In this document: positions 1 to 9,069 of the stretch, piece after piece
How the letters are laid out: the number at the start of each line of letters is the position of its first letter
Position numbering within the stretch: the first letter of the stretch is position 1
IMG/VR virus record: IMGVR_UViG_3300032285_004054
Coordinates: 154,401-218,400 of that record
Length of the DNA stretch: 64,000 bases
Direction: 5' to 3' (one strand)
The notes under the pieces: model-generated
The model's database searches: none
Seen by the model: only the letters and a program-made list of their open reading frames with translations
What the model was told of the DNA's origin: nothing
Made by a program: the position numbers and the translations under genes

Positions 1-589
1 CTTGACCTACTAAACAGTAGAGAGATTTAGGAAATAACCCACCTTCTATTTTCTCATCAAGAAACTTCCAACCTGTAGGAATAGGGTTATATATGGTGGT
101 TAGCTCTTTAATATGTTCATCAATATCGTCAAAATACCAATGACCTAAATTCTCTGTTAAACTTATATTATAAGCTTTTTCAAATTGTTGTAAGATTTCT
201 GCAGTGTCAGCTTTACCTTGTGCAAACTTATCTGCAGTATCAACAATAGTGTTATACAGACAACGCTCTTTTAAGAAATGCTCTGTATTAGCAAGCAATT
301 CGTCTCGATTAAACTTATTATCGATACGCTTTAACTTATCTGCTACCTCGTTAAACGCTCTCTTCTCTTCATCAGAAGTTAAGCGAGTTTTAATTTCAGT
401 GTGATTAGGTACTGCACCTCTTTCGGTAAAGAAAGAGGTTACTACCTTAAAAATAGTAGCGATATTTTTATCACTAAAATACGTAGGATCTACGTATTCT
501 ATAATAGTAGAGAGATATTCCTGACTTACTAACGAATTATATAGAATGATATTTTCGTAATAGTCAAGGTCGAGTTTGCTATTAGACAT
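1..589 (-). CDS. 41: Replicative DNA helicase, T4 gp41/DnaB-like (5' part; runs off window)
   Basis: Manual translation MSNSKLDLDYYENIILYNSL...PIPTGWKFLDEKIEGGLFPKSLYCLVGQV reaches the Walker A at the window edge; TAATG overlap with the uvsX stop. Confidence 0.88.
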   Translation of the reverse strand, partial: MSNSKLDLDYYENIILYNSLVSQEYLSTIIEYVDPTYFSDKNIATIFKVVTSFFTERGAVPNHTEIKTRLTSDEEKRAFNEVADKLKRIDNKFNRDELLANTEHFLKERCLYNTIVDTADKFAQGKADTAEILQQFEKAYNISLTENLGHWYFDDIDEHIKELTTIYNPIPTGWKFLDEKIEGGLFPKSLYCLVGQ

Positions 590-1695
590 TAGCTATCGAT
601 ATTATCGACTTCCTCTTCGAGATCTACTGTAGAACTCGTACCGTAACAAAGTTTTTCTTGAAGAGCCTTTTCAATGTCTGGCATAATCTTTTCCCAGAAT
701 TTAGCATCCTTTTCAAGATCTTTACGGTAACCAAGGCTTTCACCTTTATACAAAACAGTACGACCTGGCTTCTCAATAACTCCAAAAGCTTCTGCAATCT
801 CAAAAAGACCAGCATGCTTATCAAGACCTGTCTTAAAGTTGAGATACAACTCAGTTTTAAGGTAAGAAGGCACAAAGCGGTTTTTTACTGTTAATGCACC
901 TAGTGTAACACCTGAGATGTTGTGAGCAATAGCTACAGACTCTTCATTTGGATTATCACTCGCTTTTTCATTACGGGTGCTAAGTTGTACAAGCACAGAA
1001 GCAAGATAGATCGGGCCTTTACCACCGCTCTGTGTTTTAACAAGTGTCGGAAACATTTCCATGCCTTCATAGATATGGTTACTAAAGAGAATAGGTACTT
1101 TAGCTTTAGCAGCTTTATACGTAAGAATACGCATCATTGATTTAATAGCTTTTGCTCTTTGTCCTACATCTGCTGCATCCTTACCGGCTGCGGAATCTTT
1201 AATTTCTTTAGCACTAGCTAGATTACCTAGTGAATCAATAGCTACAATAAATTTTAAATCGGGGTTATTAGCCTTGATAACGTTATCAAGGAATGCGCAC
1301 ATTTGATTACGACAATCTTCAATTGTCTCAACAGGGTAATACTTAACTCGGGAAGTATCCATACCAGCGCCTTCAGCACTTTTCTTATCTACGGCAACCT
1401 CAGAGTCCCAAATAACAGGGATATAACCTTTCTTCTGAGCGTTAGCCATAATCTTATTCATAATAAGGGTTTTGCCAGCCATCGAGGGACCAGCAAAACC
1501 CGTAATACGTCCTCCAGGTATACCTTTATACATGGAGCCTGAAATAATAGCATTTAAGGCAAAAGACCCTGTATCGATCCAATCTTCTGCAGTTGATAGA
1601 GTTGCAGCATCGAGTACTGCAGCGTCTGGATTTAAATCATCAACAGATTTAAAAATATCTTTTAAATTCGAGAGGTCGTTTTTGTCTTTTGCCAT
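589..1695 (-). CDS. uvsX: RecA-like recombinase UvsX
   Basis: DTGSFALNAIISG, Walker A GPSMAGKT, IDSLGNL; T4-like context. Confidence 0.95.
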   Translation of the reverse strand: MAKDKNDLSNLKDIFKSVDDLNPDAAVLDAATLSTAEDWIDTGSFALNAIISGSMYKGIPGGRITGFAGPSMAGKTLIMNKIMANAQKKGYIPVIWDSEVAVDKKSAEGAGMDTSRVKYYPVETIEDCRNQMCAFLDNVIKANNPDLKFIVAIDSLGNLASAKEIKDSAAGKDAADVGQRAKAIKSMMRILTYKAAKAKVPILFSNHIYEGMEMFPTLVKTQSGGKGPIYLASVLVQLSTRNEKASDNPNEESVAIAHNISGVTLGALTVKNRFVPSYLKTELYLNFKTGLDKHAGLFEIAEAFGVIEKPGRTVLYKGESLGYRKDLEKDAKFWEKIMPDIEKALQEKLCYGTSSTVDLEEEVDNIDS

Positions 1696-1736
1696 AATGC
1701 GATATAATAGTATATCTTTAGATTAAGTCAATACTA

Positions 1737-2105
1737 TTAATCCTCGAATAGCTTTACTACCTGAGGTTCACCCTGAGCAGGCTGAGGTGCTGCAGGAAGA
1801 GCAGCAAAGATCTGCTTATACTGAGCATCAAGCTTAAAGTCAAAGGCAATATCCTCAGACTCCGTAATAAGATTACGCTGATACTTCCAGTATGTAGCTT
1901 CTGTCTTATCAGCCTGAAACTCTCTAAAGAAGAGAGGCAGAATCTGAAGAGCCAGCTGACCGGTTTGCTGATTAGGCATTACCTGTACTACTGCGGGATT
2001 CTTGACTGTAAGAACAGCATCGGTTGTTCTCTCATCAACGCGCTCTGCAATAACAGTGCGGCCAATTGTGTCAAGGAATGTGATTAGTTTTGTTGTTTCG
2101 CTCAT
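1737..2105 (-). CDS. Hypothetical protein (beta-rich)
   Basis: 122 aa ORF co-oriented between queF and uvsX. Confidence 0.6.
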   Translation of the reverse strand: MSETTKLITFLDTIGRTVIAERVDERTTDAVLTVKNPAVVQVMPNQQTGQLALQILPLFFREFQADKTEATYWKYQRNLITESEDIAFDFKLDAQYKQIFAALPAAPQPAQGEPQVVKLFED

Positions 2106-2140
2106 ATCGTTAATATATTATATTGGTTTGTTGTGTAATT

Positions 2141-3070
2141 CTACTGCCCCATTGCTTTATTTGTGTATTTGTTCACGTTGAACAAAGCTTCGGGTAGTAG
2201 ATCGGCTCTAGAAGCTCTTGCAGGATTAATATCCAGTGAACCTCTACGGGAGTAAAGAAGAGTAACACAGCAATCAGTTACTTCAGGATGCTTCATAATA
2301 GTTGTAAATAGTTTCTCAGCACAAAACTCATGAAATTCATTAACTTCACGGAGAGATACAATCTGCTTAAAAAGAGACTCCGGATCAACTGCCATGCCGT
2401 CTTTTGTCTTAATAAGAATATATGCTGCACCTGTATCCTTCTGTTTAGTATGACGGCAACGTGAACGAAGAGCATTAGTAAACCAGCGACTTGTTACGGG
2501 CTGATTGTCTTCTGGATGCAACTTATAAAACTTAAGATGATCTACCTGAGAGGAATAGTCAGTTATTTCAATAGAATCTGCTTTACCGTAGAGTTCCCAA
2601 TAAAGATCGAGATATTCATCTTCGAACGCATTATACGAATTTACATCTGAACCTGACGGAAAGAAGCAAACATGTACAGGTGTCTGTAGAGCAGCTTCAA
2701 GATCTTTCTTAACTTGCTCTTCGTAGTTAACGATAGCTTCCTTAATAGAACTACCCATCTTACACATATCAAAAGAATTGAGATAGAGTTTAGCAGACTT
2801 TGACTCTACCATAAACTTTGACTCAGCAGGGTATGTATACTTTAACGTACCTGCTACAGGGTAGCCGTTATCGAGGAGAAATGTTGCTTCGTGGCAATGC
2901 CATGTATCAAAACCGACAAATTCATTGCCGGTAATACCGTGATCAGCTCTCGCTAATTCTCTTGGCATTGGATTAAGCAATGATGGATCAAATTGCTCGG
3001 TATAAATTGCGTACGAAGCTGAAGATCCAAGTGTCTTCGACGCAATATCAGTTAGGTTTGTTGTACTCAT
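2141..3070 (-). CDS. queF: NADPH-dependent 7-cyano-7-deazaguanine reductase QueF (bimodular, E. coli YqcD-type)
   Basis: VESKSAKLYLNSF motif, catalytic Cys in RSRCRHT, EFHEFCAE, RRGSLDINP. Confidence 0.93.
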   Translation of the reverse strand: MSTTNLTDIASKTLGSSASYAIYTEQFDPSLLNPMPRELARADHGITGNEFVGFDTWHCHEATFLLDNGYPVAGTLKYTYPAESKFMVESKSAKLYLNSFDMCKMGSSIKEAIVNYEEQVKKDLEAALQTPVHVCFFPSGSDVNSYNAFEDEYLDLYWELYGKADSIEITDYSSQVDHLKFYKLHPEDNQPVTSRWFTNALRSRCRHTKQKDTGAAYILIKTKDGMAVDPESLFKQIVSLREVNEFHEFCAEKLFTTIMKHPEVTDCCVTLLYSRRGSLDINPARASRADLLPEALFNVNKYTNKAMGQ

Positions 3071-3627
3071 AATTCGTAAGGGTTGTTATATTCGTATTTT
3101 TGTGTTTCCCAGCGTTCAATAGAATTAAGCACTTGCATAACTCTATTTTCAACTGAACCTGAAATTCTAATAACAGGAACTTTATACGATTGTATAATAG
3201 CTTGAAACGATTGCACTACACATTCAAAGAAATCTCTATTAACAGTTCGTTGACCGTCTTCTACTAACGGCAATTCCGGTTCAACATAAAAAATAATATC
3301 ATATCTATCAATCATTGCATAAAACAATTCTCTAATAGCACTCAGCACTTTTAAGTCTTTAACCAAAGACATTGAGTATGCATAACCATCTAAAGCACAA
3401 CGATCGTAAATAATATTACCGTCTTCATTAAGACGCTGAAGATGTTTAGTCATAATAGCTAATTGAGTTACCTCATCACCATCCTCATTTATATTATAAC
3501 CTGCCTCCTGCATACCTCTTGTTAAAGAAGTTTTAAAAGAAAAATCATCTAATAAACCGCTATCTTGTAACGCATTTACAAGAGTAGTTTTACCTTGACT
3601 ATGAGCTCCTGAAATAGCTACCTTCAT
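3067..3627 (-). CDS. P-loop nucleotide kinase-like protein (AAA_28/thymidylate kinase-like)
   Basis: GAHSQGKTT Walker A, YDRCALD; ATGA-coupled to queF and dpdN. Confidence 0.8.
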   Translation of the reverse strand: MKVAISGAHSQGKTTLVNALQDSGLLDDFSFKTSLTRGMQEAGYNINEDGDEVTQLAIMTKHLQRLNEDGNIIYDRCALDGYAYSMSLVKDLKVLSAIRELFYAMIDRYDIIFYVEPELPLVEDGQRTVNRDFFECVVQSFQAIIQSYKVPVIRISGSVENRVMQVLNSIERWETQKYEYNNPYEL

Positions 3628-4163
3628 GCTGAATATAATAACCTCTTATTCAAAAATGTAAACCATAAATTTGTAGCATCCTTATGAAGTTTTTCTAAAA
3701 CTTCAAACTCAAGTACCCCTTCTATAAGAATTGTACTATACTCTTCTATTTTACCGCCATCAAGTTCGGCAGTACAGCGATGAATTGTATTACCTGACCA
3801 TTTCTGAAGTTCTTGTACAGCTCTTTTTTGAGGGTCCTTGCCTTTAAGATGAGGATGAAGCAAGAGATTAGCAGGATGTAGATTATATATTTCATACTCT
3901 TCACATATTTCACCCGGTATAATCCTCAACCATCCGTGTAACGTAACGAATGCGTTTTTAGGTATATGATGTTTATACTCTTCTATAGAAGGCGATTTAC
4001 TAATTTGAAAAATTCTAGCTCCAAACTCGTTAATAAGTTTTTGATTAACGCCGTTTAAATCCTGTCTATTGGTTATAATAAGATCAGGTGTACGGTTAAG
4101 TTTCTTTGAAAGATTGTAAATCTCACTACCTGTTTGACTAAAAAAAGTTACCCAAGGTCTCAT
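3624..4163 (-). CDS. dpdN: PurN-like formyltransferase, probable preQ1 formyltransferase DpdN
   Basis: LHGWLRII, YNLHPANL, TIHRCTAELDGG match the formyl_trans_N fold; lies between queF and dpdA. Confidence 0.8.
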   Translation of the reverse strand: MRPWVTFFSQTGSEIYNLSKKLNRTPDLIITNRQDLNGVNQKLINEFGARIFQISKSPSIEEYKHHIPKNAFVTLHGWLRIIPGEICEEYEIYNLHPANLLLHPHLKGKDPQKRAVQELQKWSGNTIHRCTAELDGGKIEEYSTILIEGVLEFEVLEKLHKDATNLWFTFLNKRLLYSA

Positions 4164-5014
4164 GATACGAACGTACAGAGCTTTTTAAATACGTGTGTGT
4201 TGTACAAAACATCAGTAATTTGTTCAGATGTTAATGTAGAGCTAATAAAATCAACAAGCTTTACTGACCATTTTTCATCTAATCCTCTAAGAAGACCGTA
4301 ACGCTTACCTAAGATAGCTGCAACAATTGGGTTCGATGTGTCAATTGTTTCAATACATTTAAGATTTTGAAATCCAAACTCCCAGGGTACACTACATCCT
4401 AGTAGATGATGAGGTTTATCATGATTAATAATGCCGTCTCTATACAACCTTTCAATAAGACATATACGACCTAAAGCATAATTTGACCATTTATTAAATT
4501 TAAAATCTTTTAAAACGTCAGGTATCATATCTCCCCAGTCAAGTTCCTTTTGAACGCTCGCAAGATCAGGCCATTCGTTAAGATAAAAACTATAATCGAA
4601 TGAAATAGCGATCTTATCTGCTATACTCGACATAAAACGATAACATTTTACAATCTCCTCATATGTCTTACCTTGAACAACACCTATTGTCTTACCTGGT
4701 AGTACAGAATATTTCTCAGTAAATTTTGCGTAGCTTTCGATTGTTTCTTCAGTATTTTCAAGTACATCTGGTACAATGTATTCAGTTGGTTTAAGACGAG
4801 ATACCCAATAAGCGAATTCGTCAGAATCATATGCTGTACCTAACTCAAAAATTGAGTTGTCAAGAAGAACATGTCTGCCTTCTTTAACTGAATCTTCAAA
4901 GAACTTATAATATTCAGGATGCTCTTTAAATAGATGTACAAGCGCATAATCATAATCATTATAAGATTTTGATACATCTAGGAAAGATATAGGTGTCTCG
5001 TGGCTAATTAACAT
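4160..5014 (-). CDS. dpdA: TGT-fold 7-deazaguanine transglycosylase DpdA
   Basis: VLLDNSIFELG, IVPDVL, VVQG, HHLLGCS, IDTSNP motifs; queF/queD/queE context. Confidence 0.85.
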   Translation of the reverse strand: MLISHETPISFLDVSKSYNDYDYALVHLFKEHPEYYKFFEDSVKEGRHVLLDNSIFELGTAYDSDEFAYWVSRLKPTEYIVPDVLENTEETIESYAKFTEKYSVLPGKTIGVVQGKTYEEIVKCYRFMSSIADKIAISFDYSFYLNEWPDLASVQKELDWGDMIPDVLKDFKFNKWSNYALGRICLIERLYRDGIINHDKPHHLLGCSVPWEFGFQNLKCIETIDTSNPIVAAILGKRYGLLRGLDEKWSVKLVDFISSTLTSEQITDVLYNTHVFKKLCTFVS

Positions 5015-5032
5015 AAATATTGATCAATAATA

Positions 5033-5272
5033 ATGTCTAACGAAGAAGATATCCAGTATATAATTGTAAAAAAATTAGTCTACGTGATAAAAGTAGGGCC
5101 TATTTATTTTTGGGATACAGCTGCTACAAATAAAGCTGAATGTCTTAGAAAAGGTTTACAGTTTTTTAAAGTAGAAAGTGAACATCTTTTAAAAATTAAA
5201 GGTGCTGAATTAATACGTTTATTTACAAAAGAAATTATAGCTCAAGATAATAAATCAAATAAGTCTGTTTGA
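5033..5272 (+). CDS. Hypothetical protein antisense to the replication operon
   Basis: 79 aa ORF with TAAATA at 5014-5019 upstream; overlaps the pol 3' end by 31 bp. Confidence 0.45.
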   Translation: MSNEEDIQYIIVKKLVYVIKVGPIYFWDTAATNKAECLRKGLQFFKVESEHLLKIKGAELIRLFTKEIIAQDNKSNKSV

Positions 5273-7785
5273 ACCTCTTTACCTATTTGTGGTAGTCTCC
5301 AACCGATAGCTTCATAAACACTTTCAATAGGTGGTACTACAATCTTACTAAACATCTTATCGTAATCAATTTTAATTGAATTAAATTCCTCTGGATATTC
5401 ACTTGTAAATGCTATTGCATCTAACCCATACTTATTTTTAGAAGCGTAGAAGTATTTTATCTTTTGTCCTGATTTAATAGTCTCGTATTTGGTTTCGAGC
5501 TCTAACTCATTTAAAAGTAAATTATACGCAATAGATGCTTTTACGTGACAAGGAGTTGCTTTGTTAAATTTTGATAGAGATGCACCTTGTGAATACTTTT
5601 CGTATTCTTTTACAGATTTTCTAAAAGCAGCTTCTGCAACACTGAGTGTCTTAAACGTATCGTAAGCTTCTCTAAAAACTTCATTTGTCTTCTTAACATC
5701 TCTAGACAGGAAGGCTGTATTTACGGTTTTCTTAATTACCTCTTTTACTTTTTGAGGTGTTGTTGAGCGTGCAAGCTCAACACCTACATATTTAAATTTA
5801 CTAACAGGTACCCCTTCATCATCAAGAATATGTAAGATATATCGTTTCTTTTGTAAGAAAGCTCCTACGTCAGCAATGGCTTCTCTCTTGAATACAAATC
5901 TCGGATCTGCTGAATTTAATTCTTCTCTAGCCCAGTCAAGAATTTTTGTACCTAAATGCTTATCAATTGCGTTGATAATTGTATGAGATTGCTCAGTAAC
6001 AATATTATTGTCAGCAAGTTTGATATTAAGTTTATCAAGAATTGGCTGAATTGTAATGTATAACGAGTCAGTATCACCACTTAAGATTAATGAATTATCT
6101 GTTTTAAAAGTTTCTTTTGCAAATTCGTTAATAATATGTCCACCTGCTTTAGCTACAGCTTGACCTGTAAGTGTAATAGAGGATGCATTATCAATATCCA
6201 TGAAAGCAGAATGCTTATTTGCAAACGTACCATAGATAGAATTTAGAAGAATTTTTAACGTATACTGTAGGGTATCGAAGTATTGTATAGAGGATGTTGT
6301 TTCTTTATCTTGCTTCTTTGTTTTCTTAAGCTCAAGCATTCTCTTACGAGCATAAACTCGCTCATCATAAATACTATTAATCAAATTAGGACAAACACCT
6401 TTAAACTTTTGAGAATATAGTACACCAGCTTTTGAAAGTGATACGTTTTCTGCTTTTAAGAATTGCTTGAGTTTATCAACAGTGATAGTAAATGTACCAC
6501 CGTTGACAAGTTTAATTTGAACTTCTTTATCTACTTCAACATCTCCTGTTACTATTTTACCTAATTTAGTTTCAGGTGAAATGTTTAAAGTAATAATAGT
6601 GTTAGGGTATAGGGAGTTAACGTCAAAACTTACAATAGCTTCTTTGAGACCTCGTTCGGGATCTCTTACATAACCTCCTTCAAGAGCCTCTCTTTCAATT
6701 TCGTTTTTAAATGTAGGTATAATGTATCCTTGTTTTTGGGCTTGTAAAGTCATTGCACCTGTAACAATAGATACTTTACCGAGTGCGCGTTCAAAGTTTG
6801 TACATCCTTTGTATGCTAGTAGACGAATGATCTTAAGATAGTTAAGCTTATCTTCCATTTTACGTAGAAGATCGACGTCCTGAATATTGTAATCAACGAA
6901 GTTTTCCCAATCTGTTTCAGCTAATGTTGAAAGGTTTGTAGCGTTAATTGCAAGCTTACCTTCACCTAACTCGTATTCGGCAATATAATTCAACGAAAAC
7001 GACTCTCTATCTCCTTTAGAGTAAGTCTTATAAATTTCCATGTAGTCTAAACAGCTAATACCTGTAATGTACCAGCGACCTACATCTTTACCGAACTTAG
7101 CAAAATTAGAACGGTAATTAAGTTCTCTTACTGGTGATAATTGTTTAATAAACTCTTCACCTAAGAGGTTTTTTGCTCTATTAATAATATACGGCACGTC
7201 AAACTGCTCGGTATTCCATCCTGTTAGAATATCTGGTGGATCCTTTTTCCAAAAATTAACAAACCGTTCAAATAGTTCTTCCTCGTTACTACACTTATAA
7301 TATGTAACGTTATCTAGTTTAGGTGTATAGTCGTTCTTTAACCCCCAAGTGTGTATTTTACCTGTAATTGTATCAAGAATAGTAATGAGGGTAACAGGGT
7401 CTTTTGCTCGTTCGGGTATAGGAAATTCATTCGGTGAATACGTTTCAATATCGATAAAATAAACCTTAAGAGGAAACTTACTGAATTCCTCTTTATGTAC
7501 ATCCTCTTTGAAGGTTTCGATAAGAAACTGCTGATCTACAGGTAAATTACCAAAGAGTCTTGGGTTACCTGTATCTTGAACGAACTTATTACGTTCAAAA
7601 GAATTTCTAAATGAATGTCTTTTTAAAGGGGTTTTAAAAATAGAAACACCATCCTGAGCGCCTTCTTTTTCTGTATATAAGAACGGTATAAACGGTACTT
7701 CAGTATCTATACGCTGACCGTCTTCTGTCCAAGTTCTAAGATATACTAAACCGTCTTTAGGGTTATAAGATGCGTTTCTATACAC
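5242..7785 (-). CDS. 43: Family B DNA polymerase, gp43-like
   Basis: Exonuclease DIETY, SFDVNSLYP, KILLNSIYG, SGDTDS; hydrophobic C-terminal clamp-binding-like DLFDLLS. Confidence 0.97.
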   Translation of the reverse strand: MYRNASYNPKDGLVYLRTWTEDGQRIDTEVPFIPFLYTEKEGAQDGVSIFKTPLKRHSFRNSFERNKFVQDTGNPRLFGNLPVDQQFLIETFKEDVHKEEFSKFPLKVYFIDIETYSPNEFPIPERAKDPVTLITILDTITGKIHTWGLKNDYTPKLDNVTYYKCSNEEELFERFVNFWKKDPPDILTGWNTEQFDVPYIINRAKNLLGEEFIKQLSPVRELNYRSNFAKFGKDVGRWYITGISCLDYMEIYKTYSKGDRESFSLNYIAEYELGEGKLAINATNLSTLAETDWENFVDYNIQDVDLLRKMEDKLNYLKIIRLLAYKGCTNFERALGKVSIVTGAMTLQAQKQGYIIPTFKNEIEREALEGGYVRDPERGLKEAIVSFDVNSLYPNTIITLNISPETKLGKIVTGDVEVDKEVQIKLVNGGTFTITVDKLKQFLKAENVSLSKAGVLYSQKFKGVCPNLINSIYDERVYARKRMLELKKTKKQDKETTSSIQYFDTLQYTLKILLNSIYGTFANKHSAFMDIDNASSITLTGQAVAKAGGHIINEFAKETFKTDNSLILSGDTDSLYITIQPILDKLNIKLADNNIVTEQSHTIINAIDKHLGTKILDWAREELNSADPRFVFKREAIADVGAFLQKKRYILHILDDEGVPVSKFKYVGVELARSTTPQKVKEVIKKTVNTAFLSRDVKKTNEVFREAYDTFKTLSVAEAAFRKSVKEYEKYSQGASLSKFNKATPCHVKASIAYNLLLNELELETKYETIKSGQKIKYFYASKNKYGLDAIAFTSEYPEEFNSIKIDYDKMFSKIVVPPIESVYEAIGWRLPQIGKEVQTDLFDLLS

Positions 7786-7815
7786 ACGCTAATAATAGAC
7801 CGGTTTTAATTTGTT

Positions 7816-9069
7816 TCAAGATAATTTTGGATTTGTCTCAAGAAGATATGTTCTTTCATTAGAACCAAACGGCGTAAAATATGCTTCGTGATGTTTTCCG
7901 AGATTCTTTTCATCTTCAAGCCAGTAGTTATCAGTAAACGCACGTGACTTCTTACAAAGATCAGCATAACGAGTTTGATCTTTAAGAGCATATTTAATTT
8001 GATCAATAAACTCATCACCTGTCTTATACTTTAAGAGAGCATCCTTATATGTTACCATATCTGGACAAACACAAGGTAGACCCATTGCTCCTGCTTCTAA
8101 TAATTTAATATTAGATTTAGCACGATTAAAATTATTATCTTGTAGGGCAGCGAATGTTAGCTGTGTACCTGACTCTGCCATAGAAGCCGGGAAGTCTGGT
8201 AACTGTACCCACTCCTTGTAAATAATTTCACCTGAATCAACAAACGGTTTTAACGGTAGGGGGTAGCAACCGTAAAACTGCCATTGATAATCCTTACGGG
8301 TCTTCATTACAGCATTAACTACATGTGCAAAATCGTCTGCTTGATTAACACGGTTAACTACGTCTACGTGTGTACCTGAAGCAAAAATTGAAATAACGGG
8401 TTTCTTTTTATTCTTTTCGTATCCTTTGATAAGCTTATCGAGGTTGTAATAGCGATCAAACCACCATTTCAATAGATAGTTCGGTATTACAGTCGTAGCT
8501 TTATTACCTGTTTTCTCAATAAAATAATCTCTCATGAAATCACATGTAACAGTAACCTCATCACACATGTTCATAATATCGAGAATAGATCCTCGAATCT
8601 CATCGCTCGTAAATGCATCTTTATTACGGTTGTAATCTGGAATATCTTCTCTAAAGACAATATCGTCGATTTCGTAAATAAGCTTAAAGCCGTTTTGCTT
8701 GGAAAGCTCTTTAAGAACTTTAACAAACTCTTTTTGAATTGGTGTTGCCTGGCGTTGAATTTTAACTGCCTGAATGCCCTGATAAAATCTAGGATCCAGA
8801 ACCATCGTTGTTAATTCTAACACAACAGCTTTATTATAGAGATTAAGCATGGAGTTAGGAGCCATACAACGATAAAAACTACAGCCACCGTAATCAGCTA
8901 AATAATTTACAGCTCTTGGTAGATTTGCCCCAGGTATTTCAGGTGGAGGTAATTCAAAAGAACCTCTTGTAGGTACAGCACAAAATGTTGAAGGCATACC
9001 TAAAGGTAGGCCAACAGGTGCACCTATTGTTGTGTCTAAGCTAGTTCGTACGAGATTATAGTTGCTCAT
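7816..9069 (-). CDS. Glycosyltransferase (GT-B-like)
   Basis: YEIDD, FNRAKSNIKLLEAGAMGLPCVC (GT4-like nucleotide-binding motif). Confidence 0.75.
   Translation of the reverse strand: MSNYNLVRTSLDTTIGAPVGLPLGMPSTFCAVPTRGSFELPPPEIPGANLPRAVNYLADYGGCSFYRCMAPNSMLNLYNKAVVLELTTMVLDPRFYQGIQAVKIQRQATPIQKEFVKVLKELSKQNGFKLIYEIDDIVFREDIPDYNRNKDAFTSDEIRGSILDIMNMCDEVTVTCDFMRDYFIEKTGNKATTVIPNYLLKWWFDRYYNLDKLIKGYEKNKKKPVISIFASGTHVDVVNRVNQADDFAHVVNAVMKTRKDYQWQFYGCYPLPLKPFVDSGEIIYKEWVQLPDFPASMAESGTQLTFAALQDNNFNRAKSNIKLLEAGAMGLPCVCPDMVTYKDALLKYKTGDEFIDQIKYALKDQTRYADLCKKSRAFTDNYWLEDEKNLGKHHEAYFTPFGSNERTYLLETNPKLS

Noticed and set aside
204-1726. Short ORFs inside or antisense to gp41/uvsX, and similar shadows elsewhere (e.g. 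9642, 27229, 47225, 47705, 48236, 49314, 51359, 52987, 59003)
   Set aside because: They overlap well-supported genes in another frame and have no recognisable motifs or promoter support.
5242-7785. Intein or intron in pol or uvsX
   Set aside because: Lengths (847 and 368 aa) are normal and motifs are contiguous.
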